From the human T2T-CHM13v2.0 reference genome, Homo sapiens, in assembly GCF_009914755.1 (NCBI RefSeq), contig NC_060926.1: a stretch of DNA of 64,000 bases, one strand, 5' to 3'. The position numbers and the translations under genes are program-made. Positions 26,904-41,345 of this stretch are shown one piece after another. The first letter of the stretch is position 1. Every line of letters begins with the position of its first letter. Below the pieces are notes generated by a model. That model was not told the origin of the DNA, searched no databases, and saw only the letters and a list, made by a program, of their open reading frames with translations.

Positions 26904-28340
26904 CTATGGACACAGACCTACACGTTTTATCTGTCTCTCCTAAATCTCTTATGGCATTTTCAATAATCCACACTCCAGAGAGATGTTCTCTTCAGATAAA
27001 TTAAAAGTAGTTTACATCACAAAGTTTAAATCATTTGTGTTTGATGCCTCTCCTTTGTCCTCCCACGGCACTAGACAACCCCTCTAACTTATCAACAGAA
27101 GATTGGAATGACCTGTTAACTTACCTCTCTCAAAAAACAAAATGTGTACCCAATGACATTTAATAAAAATACGAATAAAACAAATTGCACTTTTATAGTT
27201 TAAACTTGTAATTGTTTTTTTTACCTCATGGTTGTACAAGTTGCAAAGCCATTATCCTGTTTGCTAGATATTGATTTTTTTCAAGTAAATCTTTACCTCA
27301 TGCTTAAGAAGAGAAAAGTCAATTGACTTTGTAATGTGTGTGCTATTTATTTACTCTGCACTGTTGTTGGGGTCTTTTTGAAATATTAACTTTCAAAGCA
27401 GGATTCTAAATACGCATAAATATTTAACTGGTCATTCTCCATTTCTTCAAAATAATTCACCTAGATGCTAAAATATTCTTTAACTTAAAATGGAAAAATA
27501 AGATGACTGTTTAGAAATATTCACTCATTAAGTACAATTGCCAAAAGTGATGATTAGAATCTATGTAGTAAATTAGATTTGTCCCATTTGCATATAAAAG
27601 AAAGCCATTTTTACTATTTGTCACACAGTTACTAACTATATACCAGAGGAAACTGTGACACAGTCAGAATTTCACTCAGAAACTAACATTGCTAGGCAAA
27701 CAAAATTTTTTATATGAAAAAGAGGTCTTCAAAACACATTCATAAATATAAGAAACTTTAATTGAATTCTGTCATAAGACATAACTGAAAACAGAAAATT
27801 GCATCTTATTAAATCAAAAAGATTATCACACGTATAAAATATAAAGACTAGGTAACATATTTTCATTTTATCTTTGTTTCACGAGCTTGAAAATTTTTCA
27901 GAGTAGACAGACTTTTCTGGGACATTACCTGAACATCACAACACTATCGATTTCCTCTAGGTCTATAAAACAAGTACTAACCAAGTTTCAAATAAGACTT
28001 TAATGCTGCATGAATCACTTTCAGCTTTTCAAGTCATTGAATTCTCAATATGATACTTCATCACACTGTTACACAAAAGCTCTCAAACAGTGTTATGTAT
28101 TGTTTTTATTTATGTTGTGTTTTATAATAGCACTCTGGGCTTTCCCAACTCAGGTGAGGTGTCTGTAACAGAATTAAAAGCTGAGGCAGGTTGGAAGCAA
28201 TGTTGACTTCCACCTTTAGTAGAAGTCTCCACTGAAGGTCATTGGGCTGAGTAAAACTTGCTGATTATTTACTTTACTTTGTAAAATTATTTTAATGTGT
28301 GTTAAATATTAGGAGGCTCCCCATAAAAATCTGAATTTGG

Positions 28341-28644
28341 GGCTGGACATGGCGGTTTATGCCTGTAATCGCAGTGCTTTGGGAGGCTGAGGTGGGAGGA
28401 TCATTTGAGGCCACGAGTTCCAGACCAGCCTGAGCAACACAGCCAGATCCTGTCCATACAATAAAATTAAAAAATTAACCGGGCATGGTGGTGCTCCTGT
28501 AGTCCCAGTTACTCCAGAGGCTGAGGTGAGGTAATAGCTTCGACCCAGGTGTTAGAGGTTGCAATGAGCTATAATCATGGCACTGCACTTCAGCCTGAGT
28601 GACAGGACAAAATTCTGTCTCTCTAAAAAAAAAAAAAAAAAAAA
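28341..28644 (+). mobile_element. AluJ
   Basis: GGAGGATCATTTGAGGCC, GAGCTATAATCATGGCAC (J-type); poly-A 28625-28644. Confidence 0.92.
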
Positions 28645-28933
<289 letters not shown>

Positions 28934-29292
28934 GTCTGGATTTAGATTTTAAAAATTTTAGTGACACTAGGCCCATAGTCTCAGGATGCATCTGGCTGGA
29001 GCTGAATATCAGCTGACCCTGTTCGCTAACTTACAATAGTTTACCACAGTCACCTCTAAGCCTATGATAGGCAGGTATGTCCCATTATGGAATACGTAGG
29101 CATTTGCAGTTGTCAGCCTTGGCCTTAGTTGATCTAGAAGCATTAGTTCTATGTTTCAGAAGGGAACAATTACCAGGGAGGAATAAGCAGAGATAGAGAG
29201 GGGCTGGTTTCTTCCTCAGTCTCAGGAAGAAGACAGCATTCTTGATTCTGAGCATAATGTGGATCTGTACCACTCACTGACTGTGTCCCTGG

Positions 29293-29477
29293 TAGGGTTG
29301 CCAGACTTAACAAATAAAAAAGCAGGATATCCAGTGAAATTTGAAATTCCAATAATGAATATATTTTTCATATAAGTATGTCCTATGCAATATTTTCAAA
29401 TAATTATACTTTAAAAATCATGCCATTTATCTGAAATTCAAATTAAATGTGCCATTCTGGATTTTTCTGCAAGCCTA
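29293..29477. mobile_element. MER53 palindromic hAT MITE
   Basis: TAGGGTTGCCAGA ... CTGCAAGCCTA; central TAAGTATGTCCTATGCAATATTT; 8-bp TSD GTCCCTGG/GCCCCAGG (6/8). Confidence 0.85.
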
Positions 29478-29689
29478 GCCCCAGGAGATTATCAAATCCT
29501 CAGAGAAAAATGGCAACATGATGCATCCATGCAGGCTGGATTTTAGGTACTGATGTTTTTTACATTGCCAAAAGTTCTTATCCCAGGAAGAACTAAAATA
29601 CGTGTGTTCAAAAGGCCACACAAACTTGAGAAACGAGGTTCTGATTAGTGAATATGATGATGTGAATGAAGAAGAAAGGGAATTTTCCA

Positions 29690-30189
29690 CATATTATCAC
29701 CCAGATTTCTCCAGAGAAAGAGAACCAGTGGGATCTATCTATCTCTCTATCTAGAGAGAGATTGATCAAATTATTATAAGGCATTGATTCGCATGATTGT
29801 GGAGGCTGAGAGTACCATAATCTCCCCTCAGCTGGAGACCCAGAAAAGCTGGCTGTGTAACTGAAATGCCCGAGAGCTAGAGAGCCGATGGTATAGATTC
29901 CAGTCTGTATCTAAAGCCCTGAGAGCCAGGATGGCTGAGGGCAGAAGATTGATATCCCAGCCTGAAAACAGGCAAAGAGAGTAAATTCTCTGTTTCTTGT
30001 TTTATTCAGGCCTCCAGTGGTTTATGAGGCAAACCCACATCTGGGAGGACAAACTGCTTTACTCAGTCTATAAATTCAAATGTTAATCTCATCCAGAAAT
30101 GCCCTTACAGACATGCCTAAAACAATGTTTAACCAAATATCAGGGCATCTGATGGATCAACAAGTTGACACATAAAATTACCAAGCACA
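29690..30189 (-). mobile_element. MLT2 (ERVL) solo LTR
   Basis: TTCTCCAGAGAAAGAGAACCAGTGGG ... CTGCTTTACTCAGTCTA ... CAAGTTGACACATAAAATTA. Confidence 0.82.
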
Positions 30190-30779
30190 ACACATGGCAC
30201 TTCTTTACAAAAAGATCCTAACCTTCCTTATCCAAGATAACAAGATTGAATTTCCTTCCCAGGAGAATGTGCCTGAATCAAATTTAATTTAATAATAAAA
30301 AAAAGAAAGGAAACATTTCTTGTATACTTAAGTGTATATATCAAAAGATATATCTGCTGCAATGAAAATCTTATCAAAAAGTACCTTTTCTATGAAGTTA
30401 TCACAATTTCATATGCTGTAAATTTGTTCTGCTCCATAGAAACAATATTGTTCCATATATGATTTCAAATTTGATTGTGACACTAAGTGTCTTATCTCAG
30501 TATCTCAAACCTCTGAATCTTTTATATCATCTCCCATGAATGAGTCACACAAAACTCATTTTTTAAGTTTCCCAATCAAAAAAGAATCTTACTGATAATA
30601 ATAAAGCTATACACTTATTCAAAACTAAATTTATCAGGTTGGACAAATAAAACATAAAAAGGAAACAAATATGTTGACATAAGGCAAAGAAGTGCTATAA
30701 AGTCATATTTCATCACAGTTTAAAGCAATACTATGCTAGCCATATTTAATCTTTTGTTAGTGATAAGAAAAGAACATCT

Positions 30780-31098
<319 letters not shown>

Positions 31099-31827
31099 CT
31101 ATAACATAGGAGGGATAATACTTCAATGTGCATTATGCTTCCTCAATGCCTACAGGTACACACTCAGTTTAAGCAGAGAACACCTCCAAATAACGAATTA
31201 CACACACTCAGGGTACAACTAAATACTCATATAATGAAATTTCATATATAAGCCAAGTGTTGACCTATGAATGGGAGAGATGAATTCCTGGGCTTTGTAA
31301 AATAGGTAATGCCTCTGAATTTAATTCCTTAGGATATAAATGACAATTTATGGCCTTGCTTTGTTGAGCAGGCATCTTCTTGGGGCAAATAATGTAGTGG
31401 ATTTACAAGTCTATAAATGGAATATTTTAAGCTAAAATTTAAAAATACATATACGCAAAAATGGCACAATTTTAAAGGGGTCTATAAAATCTCTTACGTA
31501 GCTTTTGAAAATAGCCATGATGTGTTATACAGTATCTCCTCAATTCTAAGTTGCACTTTTTCCTCATATTTAACATTTCTAAAATCAGGATTAGGCTTTT
31601 CTTTGGTGAATGCATAAAATTTAGTGCTTATTTTTACCCTACAAAACTGTTATTAAATTGATAATATATCTTTAATAGTCATTTAAAAATAAATGACTAT
31701 TGTATTTAGGTTGCTTAATAGAATAATCACAAATTTATGAAGATTTAAAGAGGTGTTTATTGATATCTAAAGTCCTCAAAAACTTACAGCCCTTAATTTT
31801 TTTCCAATTCTAAAACACATCTCTTCT

Positions 31828-32130
<303 letters not shown>

Positions 32131-33411
32131 CAAAACATGTCTCTTCTAATAAATTTCTGCATCTGAGCAGATTTTTATTGTTGTCTCTTTGGGGAATGAG
32201 TTTTTTATTGAGTGGGTCCCTATTCCAGGCTGGTTTGGGGGCCAAAATGCCAAAATGATGTCTGGTTTTCATTTGGAGAACACAAAACCTGAAGCCTAGA
32301 TCAAATTATCTTTAGGGAAGTAGAAAAAAATGAAGTCTACATTCTGATTCCATTTTTCATACCTGTTCTTTTTTTTCTACCCAGGGTGGCCAACTTTGGA
32401 TCCTTTTTTCTAAATCTGTATAAATGTAAGAGATATACATGCTATTTTGTTACATGGCTATACTGCTTAATGGTGAAGTCTGGGCTTTTAGTGTGTCTGT
32501 CATCTGAATAATGTATGTTCTACTCTAGATATATTTTTACACATACTTTTGCTAAAATTGACTAGGAATGATTGTGCTAATAGGACCTATAAGATCCCTA
32601 AAATTAACTAGAACATTTTTGAAGATATGTTAATCTTTTACAGTGGTTTCAATTATTCTATAACCAGTAATAAACTTAGAATTTAGGCACTTAAGAAATT
32701 ATCAGTGATAAATATTATCACAGACAATATTTCCCTTAGAAATATTTCTGGGACAAGTTGTGTCCCTCATGTTATAGAGAATATTGTAGCTGCCACAAAA
32801 TGATTTTTAAATTCTAAGGAAAGGGAGGGTATTCCTCCCCAGTGCTCAACTGCCATCCCAAGAACTCAAATTGAAAAAGGAAAATAATAATCAATAATAC
32901 AATTAAACACATTTTACAAAATTGACTGATGTTCAAAAAACAAAGGCAGGAAAGTAACACTTAGACTTAGTGCTGCTAATATGTTAACATATGCTAAGTA
33001 AATCATGGCAATTTGGGGAAATATTGTTATGTGAGTTACTAGGAGGCTTCAGCCTGGAGCAAGCAATGTTAAGGTAGTATTAGTCACAGGCTTTCTCTGA
33101 AAACAGAAGAGAAAAAAAATGATTCAGTCTTGGGAGGGTGCATGTGTCCAGGAATGTATCTATTTCTTCTAGGTTTTTTAGTTTATGTGCATAGAAGTGT
33201 TTATAGTATTCTCTGATGGCTCTTTGTATTTCTGCAGGGCCTTTGGTGAATCCCTCTTATTCTGTGTTTGTTTGAATCTTCTCTCTTTTCTTCTTTATTA
33301 GTCCAATTAGTGGTCTATCTATTTTATTAGTTTTTTCAAAAAACCAGCTCCTGGATTTGTTGATTTTTTGAAGGGTTTTTTATGTCTCCATTTCCTTCAG
33401 TTCAGCTCTGA

Positions 33412-33718
<307 letters not shown>

Positions 33719-34641
33719 TGATCTTGGTTATTTCTTATCTTCTGCTAGCTTTGGGGTTTGTTGCTCTTGGCTCTCTAGTTCTTTTAGTTGTGATGTTAAG
33801 TCGTTAAGTTGAGATCTTTCTAGCTTGTTGATGTGGGAATTTAGTACTATAAATTTCCATCTTAACAATGCTTTAGCTGCATCCCAGAGATTCTGGTACC
33901 TAGTATCTTTGTTCTCATTAGTTTCAAAGAACTTCTTGATTCCTGCCTTAATTTCATTATTTACCAAGAGTCAATTGAGGCAATAATAAATAGCCTACCA
34001 ACCAAAACAAGCCCAGGACCAGACAGATTCACAGCTGAATACATCCAGAGGTACAAAGAAGAACTGGTACAATTCCTACTCAAACTATTCCAAAATGAAA
34101 AGGAGGGACTCCCCCCTAACTCATACTATCAGGCCAGCATCATCCTGATAACAAAACATGGCAGAGATACAACAAAACAAAACAAAAAAACAAAACAAAA
34201 ACTTCGGGCTAATATTCTTGATGAACATCAATGCAAAAATCTTCAGCGAAGAGCTGGTAAATCAAATCCAGCAGAATATCAAAAAGATATCCACCATGAT
34301 CAAGTAGGCTTCATCCCTGGATGTAAGGTTGTTGAACATGCACAATTCAATAAATACGATTCATCACATAAATAGAAGACAAAAAACACATGATTATCTC
34401 AATAGATGCAGAAAATGCCTTCAGTAAAATTCAACATTCCCTCATGTTAAAAACTCTTAGTAAACTAAGTATTGAAGGCACATACCTCAAAATATTAACA
34501 GCCATATATGACAAACCCACAGCCAATAACATCTGAATGAGCAAAAAGCTGGAAGCATTCCACTTGAAAACCAGCACAAGACAAGGATTCCCTCTCTCAC
34601 CACTCTTATTCAACATAGTATTGAAAGTTCTAGCCAGGGCA

Positions 34642-34919
34642 GGCCGGGCGCGGTGGCTCAAGCCTGTAATCCCAGCACTTTGGGAGGCCGAGGCGGGTGG
34701 ATCACGAAGTCAAGAGATCGAGACCATCCTGGCTAACACGGTGAAACCCCATCTCTACTAAAAATAGCCAGGCGTGGTGGCGGGTGCCAGTAGTCCCAGC
34801 TACTGGGGAGGCTGAGGCAGGAGTGAACCCAGGAGGCAGAGCTTGCAGCGAGCCGAGATCGCGCCACTGCACTCCAGCCTGGGCGACAGGGCGAGACTCC
34901 GTCTCAAAAAAAAAAAAAA
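34642..34919 (+). mobile_element. AluY with two short internal deletions, inside the L1
   Basis: 19-bp TSD GAAAGTTCT(A/G)GCCAGGGCA (34623-34641, 34920-34938). Confidence 0.96.
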
Positions 34920-37719
34920 GAAAGTTCTGGCCAGGGCAATCAGGCAAGAGAAAGAAATAAAACATATTCTAATAGGAAGAGAGAAAGTTAAACTCTTTGT
35001 TTGCAAATTATATGATCCTAAATCTACAAGACCCCATGTCTCAGCCCAAAAGCTTCTTAAGGTGATAAGCAACTTCAGCAGTCTCAGGATACAAAAGCAA
35101 TGTGCAAAAATTATGAGCATTCCTATACACCAACAACAGTCAATTTGAGAGCCAAATCAGGAATGAACTCCCATTCTCAATTGCCACAAAAAGAATAAAA
35201 TACCTAGGAAACCTAGGAATACAGCTAACCAGGGAGGTGAGAGATCTCTTCAAGAAGAACTAAAACCAGTGCTCAAAGAAATCAGAGGTGACCCAAACAA
35301 ATGGAAAAACATTCCATTCTCATGGATAGAAAGAATCTATATCATTAAAATCACCTTATTGCTCAAAGCAATTGATAGATTCAATGCTATTTCCATTAAT
35401 CTACCATTGACATTCTGCACAGAATTAGAAAAAACCTATTTTAAAATTCATATGGAACTGAAAAAGAGCCTGAATAGCCAAGACAATCCTAAGCAAAAAG
35501 AACAAAGCTGAATGTATCACGCTACCCAACTTCAAACTCTACTACAAGGCTACAGTAACCAAAACAGCATGGTACTGGTGCAAGAACATACTCATAGACC
35601 AATGGAACAGAATAGAGAAACCAAAAATAAGACCACACACCTACAACCATCTGATCTTCAGCAAACCTTTCAAAAACAAGCAATGGGTAAAGGATTCCCT
35701 ATTTAATAAATGGTGCTGCAATAACTAGCTAGCCATATGCAGAAGATTGAAACTGGTCCCCTTCCTTATACCATACACAAAAATCAACTCAAACGGAATA
35801 AAGACTTAAATGTAAAACCCCAAACTATAAAAAACCCAGAAGAAAATATAGGCAATATCATTCGGGACATAGGCACAGGCAAAGAATTTATGATGAAGAT
35901 GCCAAAAGCAATTGCAACAAAAGCAAAAATTGACAAATGGAATCTAATTAAATTAGAGAGCTTCTGCACAGCAAAAGAAACTATCATCAGAGTAAACAGC
36001 CTACAAAATGGGATAAAATTTTTGCAATCTACCCATCTGACAAAGGTCTAATATCCCACATCTACAAAGAACTTAAACAAATTTAAAGAAAAAAAGCAAA
36101 CTCCATTAAAAAGTGAGCAAAAGACATGAACAGACACTTCTCAAAAGAAGACATACATGTGGCCAACAAATATATGAAAAAAAAAAACTCAGCATCACTG
36201 ATCATTAGAGAAATGCAAATAAAAACCACATGAGATACCATCTCATACCAGTCAGAATGGCTATTATTAAAAAGTCAGAAAAACAACAGATCCTGGTGAG
36301 GTTGTGGAGAAAAAAGAACACTTTTACACTCTTCTTGGGGGGTGTAAATTAGTTCAACCATTGTGGAAGACTGTGTGGTGATTCCTCAAAGACCTAGAGG
36401 CAGAAATACCATTTGATCCAGCAATTCCATTACTGGGTCTATACCCAAAGGAATAGAAATCATTGTATTATAAAGATACATGCACATATATGTTCCTTGC
36501 AGCAGTATTCACAATAGCAAAGACATGGAATCAACCCAAATGCCCATCAATCATAGACTGGATAAAGAAAATGTGGTACACCATGAAATACTAGGTAGCC
36601 GTAAAGAGGAATGAGGTTGTTTCCTAAAAAGGAACATGAATGCAGGTAGAAGCCAGTATCCTCAGCACACTATTATAAGAACAGAAAATCAAATACTGCA
36701 TGTTCTCCCTTATAAGTGGTAGCTGAATAATGGACACATGGACACACGATGGGGAACACCACACACTCGGGCCTGTGGGAGGGTGGGGGATAGGAGCAGG
36801 GAGAGTATTCAGAAAGAATAGCTAATGGAGACTGGGCTTAATATCTAGGTGATGGGATGATCTGTACAGCTAATCACCATGGCACATGTTTAACTATGTA
36901 ACAAACCTGCACATACTGTACATGTATCCCTGAACTTAAAATAAAAGAATGAAAACAGAAAAAGAATTGAAGCTTGGCTGGAATCCACCTGAACCAAAGA
37001 ACTCTGCTTGCAGCTTGCATAGAAAGAGTTCACATTGTGTCCCTGTTTAATGTAATCAGTAGCCCTTCTTTGTAAATTAAAAATAAATCCCTTTTCCCTA
37101 GTAATGTTTAAAAAGAAGAGGAAAAACGTCCTATCTTCTAAAAAGTAATTAGTCTTGCAGAATGTTTCTTTCAACATCTTGTCCCTAGAAACAGAAATGA
37201 AGGGGAAAGCTGTCATACTCCATTGATCCAATTGGTAACAATTTGAAAATACGTTCCTAGCTAATTGAATTGGCCCCTAGCACCAAATAAATTGACAACT
37301 GTGAAATTCTTCTACTAATTTCAAGTCTTTTAAATTGCACAGCTCAAAAGAAGTTTTAAAAAGTTAAAAAAGAATGAAAGACTTTATAGTAATTTTGTTA
37401 TATTTAAAACTTCAAATATTAAGAAGTTTCTGAAATATAAATGATACTAACTTTGTAGACCCCAAACTTCTAGCACTCAGAGAGCTTGATAATTCTCATT
37501 GTGACTCAAAATGGGATTTTCCACAAGATTGTTCCATGGAATAATATTTTTGTATGATAACCTTATTGCATAAAAATTGCATGGTCAAATAGTTTGGGCA
37601 CTACCGTACATTCTATCCACCTGGCAGTAAGAAAGTTTATTGTTTATGTTTAATATACTTCCCCAGATATGTTTAATTTATATATGTTGATTGTACATAT
37701 AATTCTAATCATTAGTAAA

Positions 37720-38690
37720 CTTCATCAGTCCCTTACTGGAAAAATTTTTTTCTTGGTGTCAGGGACACAGTTCTTTCTACTTTCCTCCTCCCTCAGTGGC
37801 AGATCCTTTTCAGTCTTATTAGGTGGATCATTCGCCTCTTCCTAAACTATTAAAATGGACTCTTCTTCATCTTCATCTATACTCCATTTACATCCATCTT
37901 CAGGTGATCTCAATGAATTCTACATGTTAAAAAGCATATTAGGCCAGGTGTGATGGCTCACACCAGTAACCCCAGCACTTCGGGAGGCTGAAGTGGATGG
38001 ATCTCTTGAGGCCAATAATTCAAGACCAGCCTAGGCAAGGCAACATGGCAAAACCCTGTCTCTACTAAAAATACAAAAATCAGTCGGGTGTGGTGGCTCA
38101 TGCCTATAATCCCAGCTACTCAGGTGGCTGAGGCACGAGAATCGCTTGAACCTGGGAGGCAGAAGTTGCAGTGAGCTGAGACCATGCCTGAGCAAGACTC
38201 TGTCCAAAAAAAAGAATTAAAAAATATATATATATATTAGACCTACATTTATATACACAGTGCCAACAATTCTCCTATAATCAAGACTGGAATATTTAAT
38301 AGACATCTCAATCGTATATGTAAACTGACATACTGTTAAACCCCCAAACTCTGTTTCTCCCTCCAATCCCACAGTGTTCAGAATACTTTATGTCATCACA
38401 CTTCATTATAATGTTGAGATTTTTATAAAAGAACAAAAATTAGGGGTTCATCTTTGATTCTGTAAAACCTCTAATAACTGATATCCAATTAATTAGTATA
38501 CAATTTCAGCTCTACAGTCAAAATACTTTCTATATTAGATGATTTTGCTATTACCTTGATCAATCGCTATTTGCCTGAACTACTGCTATTGGCATCCTAC
38601 TAATATTTTTGTTTGCACATTTATCCTTAATGCAATCTATATTCTATAGAAAAGACAACATAGGTCTTTTAAAATATAAATTATACAATG
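37720..38690 (+). mobile_element. L2 fragment, interrupted by an Alu
   Basis: CCTCCTCCCTCAGTGGCAGATCCTTTTCAGTC; AATAGACATCTCAATC; GGGGTTCATCTTTGATTC. Confidence 0.55.
37942..38215 (+). mobile_element. Alu (AluS/J boundary) with a right-arm deletion
   Basis: Dimeric Alu lacking CACTGCACTCCAGCC near its 3' end. Confidence 0.93.
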
Positions 38691-38694
38691 TCAT

Positions 38695-39056
38695 TGCTAC
38701 AGTCTGAATGTTTATGTCCCCCACAAATATATATGTTGAAATCCTAACCCCTGATGTGATGGTGTTAGGAGGTGGGGCCTTTTGGGAAGTGAGTAGGTTC
38801 TGAGGTTGCTTGGAGCCCTCATGATTGGGCTTAGCATCCTTATAAAAATAGTGAGAGAGAGCTAGCTAGCCTCTTCAGTCATATGAGGTTACAGTGAAAA
38901 GATATGTCTGTGAAGGAAGTGGGCCCTTACCAGACACTATTCTGCTAATGTCTTGACCTTTCCAAATGTCGGAACTGTGAGAATAAATTTGTTTTTTTAC
39001 AAGCTACTCAATTTGTGATCTTTTTTTTAATATAACAGCCTGAATGGACTAAAACA
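38695..39056 (+). mobile_element. MLT1A-like MaLR solo LTR
   Basis: TGCTACAGTCTGAATGTTTATGTCCCC...GGACTAAAACA; TSD GTCAT/GTCAA. Confidence 0.88.
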
Positions 39057-39089
39057 GTCAATGTCCTAACTCAACTATTTGAAGACACT

Positions 39090-41010
39090 GAATAATGAAC
39101 AAAATTTGGCAGAAAATCAGAAGTAGTCAACTCTTGAAAGAAGGGAACTATGGAAGAATCATATGTACGTGACTTTTTGCCTGAAGGTATTTCCTGTAGC
39201 ACAGCATAGCTGGAAGTGAAAGTTGCAATGCTGAAAAGGGAATTTATATTTTTATAATCGGAAAAAACATGTTTTAAATATAGGACTTAGGTTGCACCAT
39301 AAGAAGTTAGGGAAAGATGTGCAAATAAACCCAAAATAAGTTAAAAAAAAAACAATAATGAAGGACAGAAATCAGTGAAATAGGGAATGGGCAAACAGTA
39401 AAAAATTTTAACAAAGCCAGTGGTTTACCCTTTAAAAAGACTAGTAAAATTGATAAGCCATTAGTAAAACAAATCAAGAAAGAAAGAGAAAATCAATATC
39501 AATACCCAAGGAATATCAATAACAGGAATTAAGAGAGGATAACACTATAGATCGTTGCAAACATCAAAAAATAAGAAAGAACGATTTTAAACAACTATAG
39601 GATAGCACAGTAGTCAATGATTTAAGTAAAAGCCATTTTTCAAGTTCAGGTTATGAAATCTGACACAAGTTCAATTAGAAAATCTGAATAATTCTGGAGG
39701 ACATTGTGTTAAATGAAACATGCCAAGCACAGAAAGACAAATACCACATGATGTCACTTTTATGTGAAATCTTAAAAAGGTGAAATCATAAAAGCATTGA
39801 GTAGAAAAATGGTGTTTACCTGGGGCTGGGGGAATTGGGGTGGTAGTTTGGGGAAATGTTAGTCAAATGATACAAAATTTCAGCTAGACAAAAGGAATAA
39901 GTTCAAGAGATCTATTGCAGGGCATGGTGGTGTAGATAATAGCAACGTATTTTACACAATAAAGTTGCTAATATAACAGATTTTAAGTGATCTCGCTACA
40001 AAAAAAAAGTCAAGTAATGTATGTAAATTAGCTTGATTTAGCCGTTCCACAATGCATACCTATTTCAAAACATCATGTTGCACACCATAAATATATACAA
40101 TTTTTATTTGTTAATTAAAAAATCAAAAAGGAAGAAAAGAATAAAAGAAGTCCTTAAATAGTTCCCCCAGCCAAATTTGAGATATTTTGAATATCAAATT
40201 AAATAATTATAGTCATGCATTATAACTTGTTGAAAAAAATAGAAATTCATAATTTAATACTGATGCAAATGAATGAATGAAGCAACAAAATATCTTCCTT
40301 AACACTGTGGAAGGTGAACTAATATATATAGAAAGAATGATGGAGTTAGAAAATCATATATTGCAGTGGTAAAATTTTTATTAGACATGGGATATTGAAA
40401 TAGTTTCAATCCGCCCACAAATAATTAGTTTTCAGGGGAAAAATAGGAACTTTGCCATTGGAAAAAGGGGTGAATACCATCTAATGAACTGATCAAAATT
40501 AATATCAAAAATATTGGAACAAAGCAAGATAATATGCTTTTTAATGTGATGTACTGAGAAGACACATCATGTTTGCAGTATATTTCTGCCAAGAATGTAC
40601 AATTTGAATCTAATCATGAAGAAGCAGCAAATAAATAAAAATTGGATACATTGTATAAAATAACTGACCTATACTCTTTAAAAAACGACAAGGATAAGAA
40701 GATAGTAGAAGGCAGTACAACGTTTTTTAGATTAAAGGGCAATAAAGAGACATGACAACTAAATGAAATACCTGATCATAGATTAGATCCTAAGTTGGGG
40801 AAAAAACAATTGTAACGGTCATTATTGTTACAATTCACTAAATTCAAATATACACCATAATGTAGACAATAGTATTACATCAATATCACATTTTCTGATT
40901 ATGATAAATTTGATTAGGTAAAAGAATGTTCTTTGTAAGCAATGCACAATGAAATATTTAGGAGTAAACGGGCAGAAAATCTGTGATTTATTCTTGAATT
41001 ATATAGGAAA
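39090..41010 (+). mobile_element. Stacked old L1M fragments, including an L1MA 3' end at ~39693-40125 and an L1MC-like 3' region
   Basis: CTGGAGGACATTGTGTTAAATGAAAC...GAATAAGTTCAAGAGATCTATTG; AAAGAGACATGACAACTAAATG. Confidence 0.7.
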
Positions 41011-41029
41011 AATCACTGATGTGTAGACC

Positions 41030-41345
41030 TATGTCCCTCTTTATTCAAGTCTTTGTTTATATACTACCTCCTCACAGAGGGCTTTTCTGATTTCCCTTCC
41101 TACTATAACTGTCATCAATTTTCTATTTTTAATCCTTATTTTTTGCAGCACTTATTTCTAATCAACATATTACATACTCATTTTTAATTGGTTCATGTGC
41201 TTTATTTGTCTCCTTCTAGATAGAATACAAAATCTGCGGGGGCAAGGACTTTGTTTTTTCACTACTCAATCTCTAGCACCAAACAATGATTGGCATATAA
41301 TTTGACTATAAATATTTCTAAATGAAATTTTTGTAAATCAAATAT
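41030..41345 (+). mobile_element. L2 3' end
   Basis: CTAGAT..AATACAAAATCTGCGGGGGCAAGGACTTTGTTTT...CTAGCACC. Confidence 0.6.

Noticed and set aside
34655-34670. CTCAAGCCTGTAATCC as a sign of Old World monkey AluY, implying a macaque genome
   Set aside because: Single variant without the other diagnostics, and the near-consensus L1PA2-type element points to a hominid genome.
33728-36051. L1 ORF2 peptides as a functional CDS
   Set aside because: Fragmented by stops, frameshifts, two Alus and an inversion.
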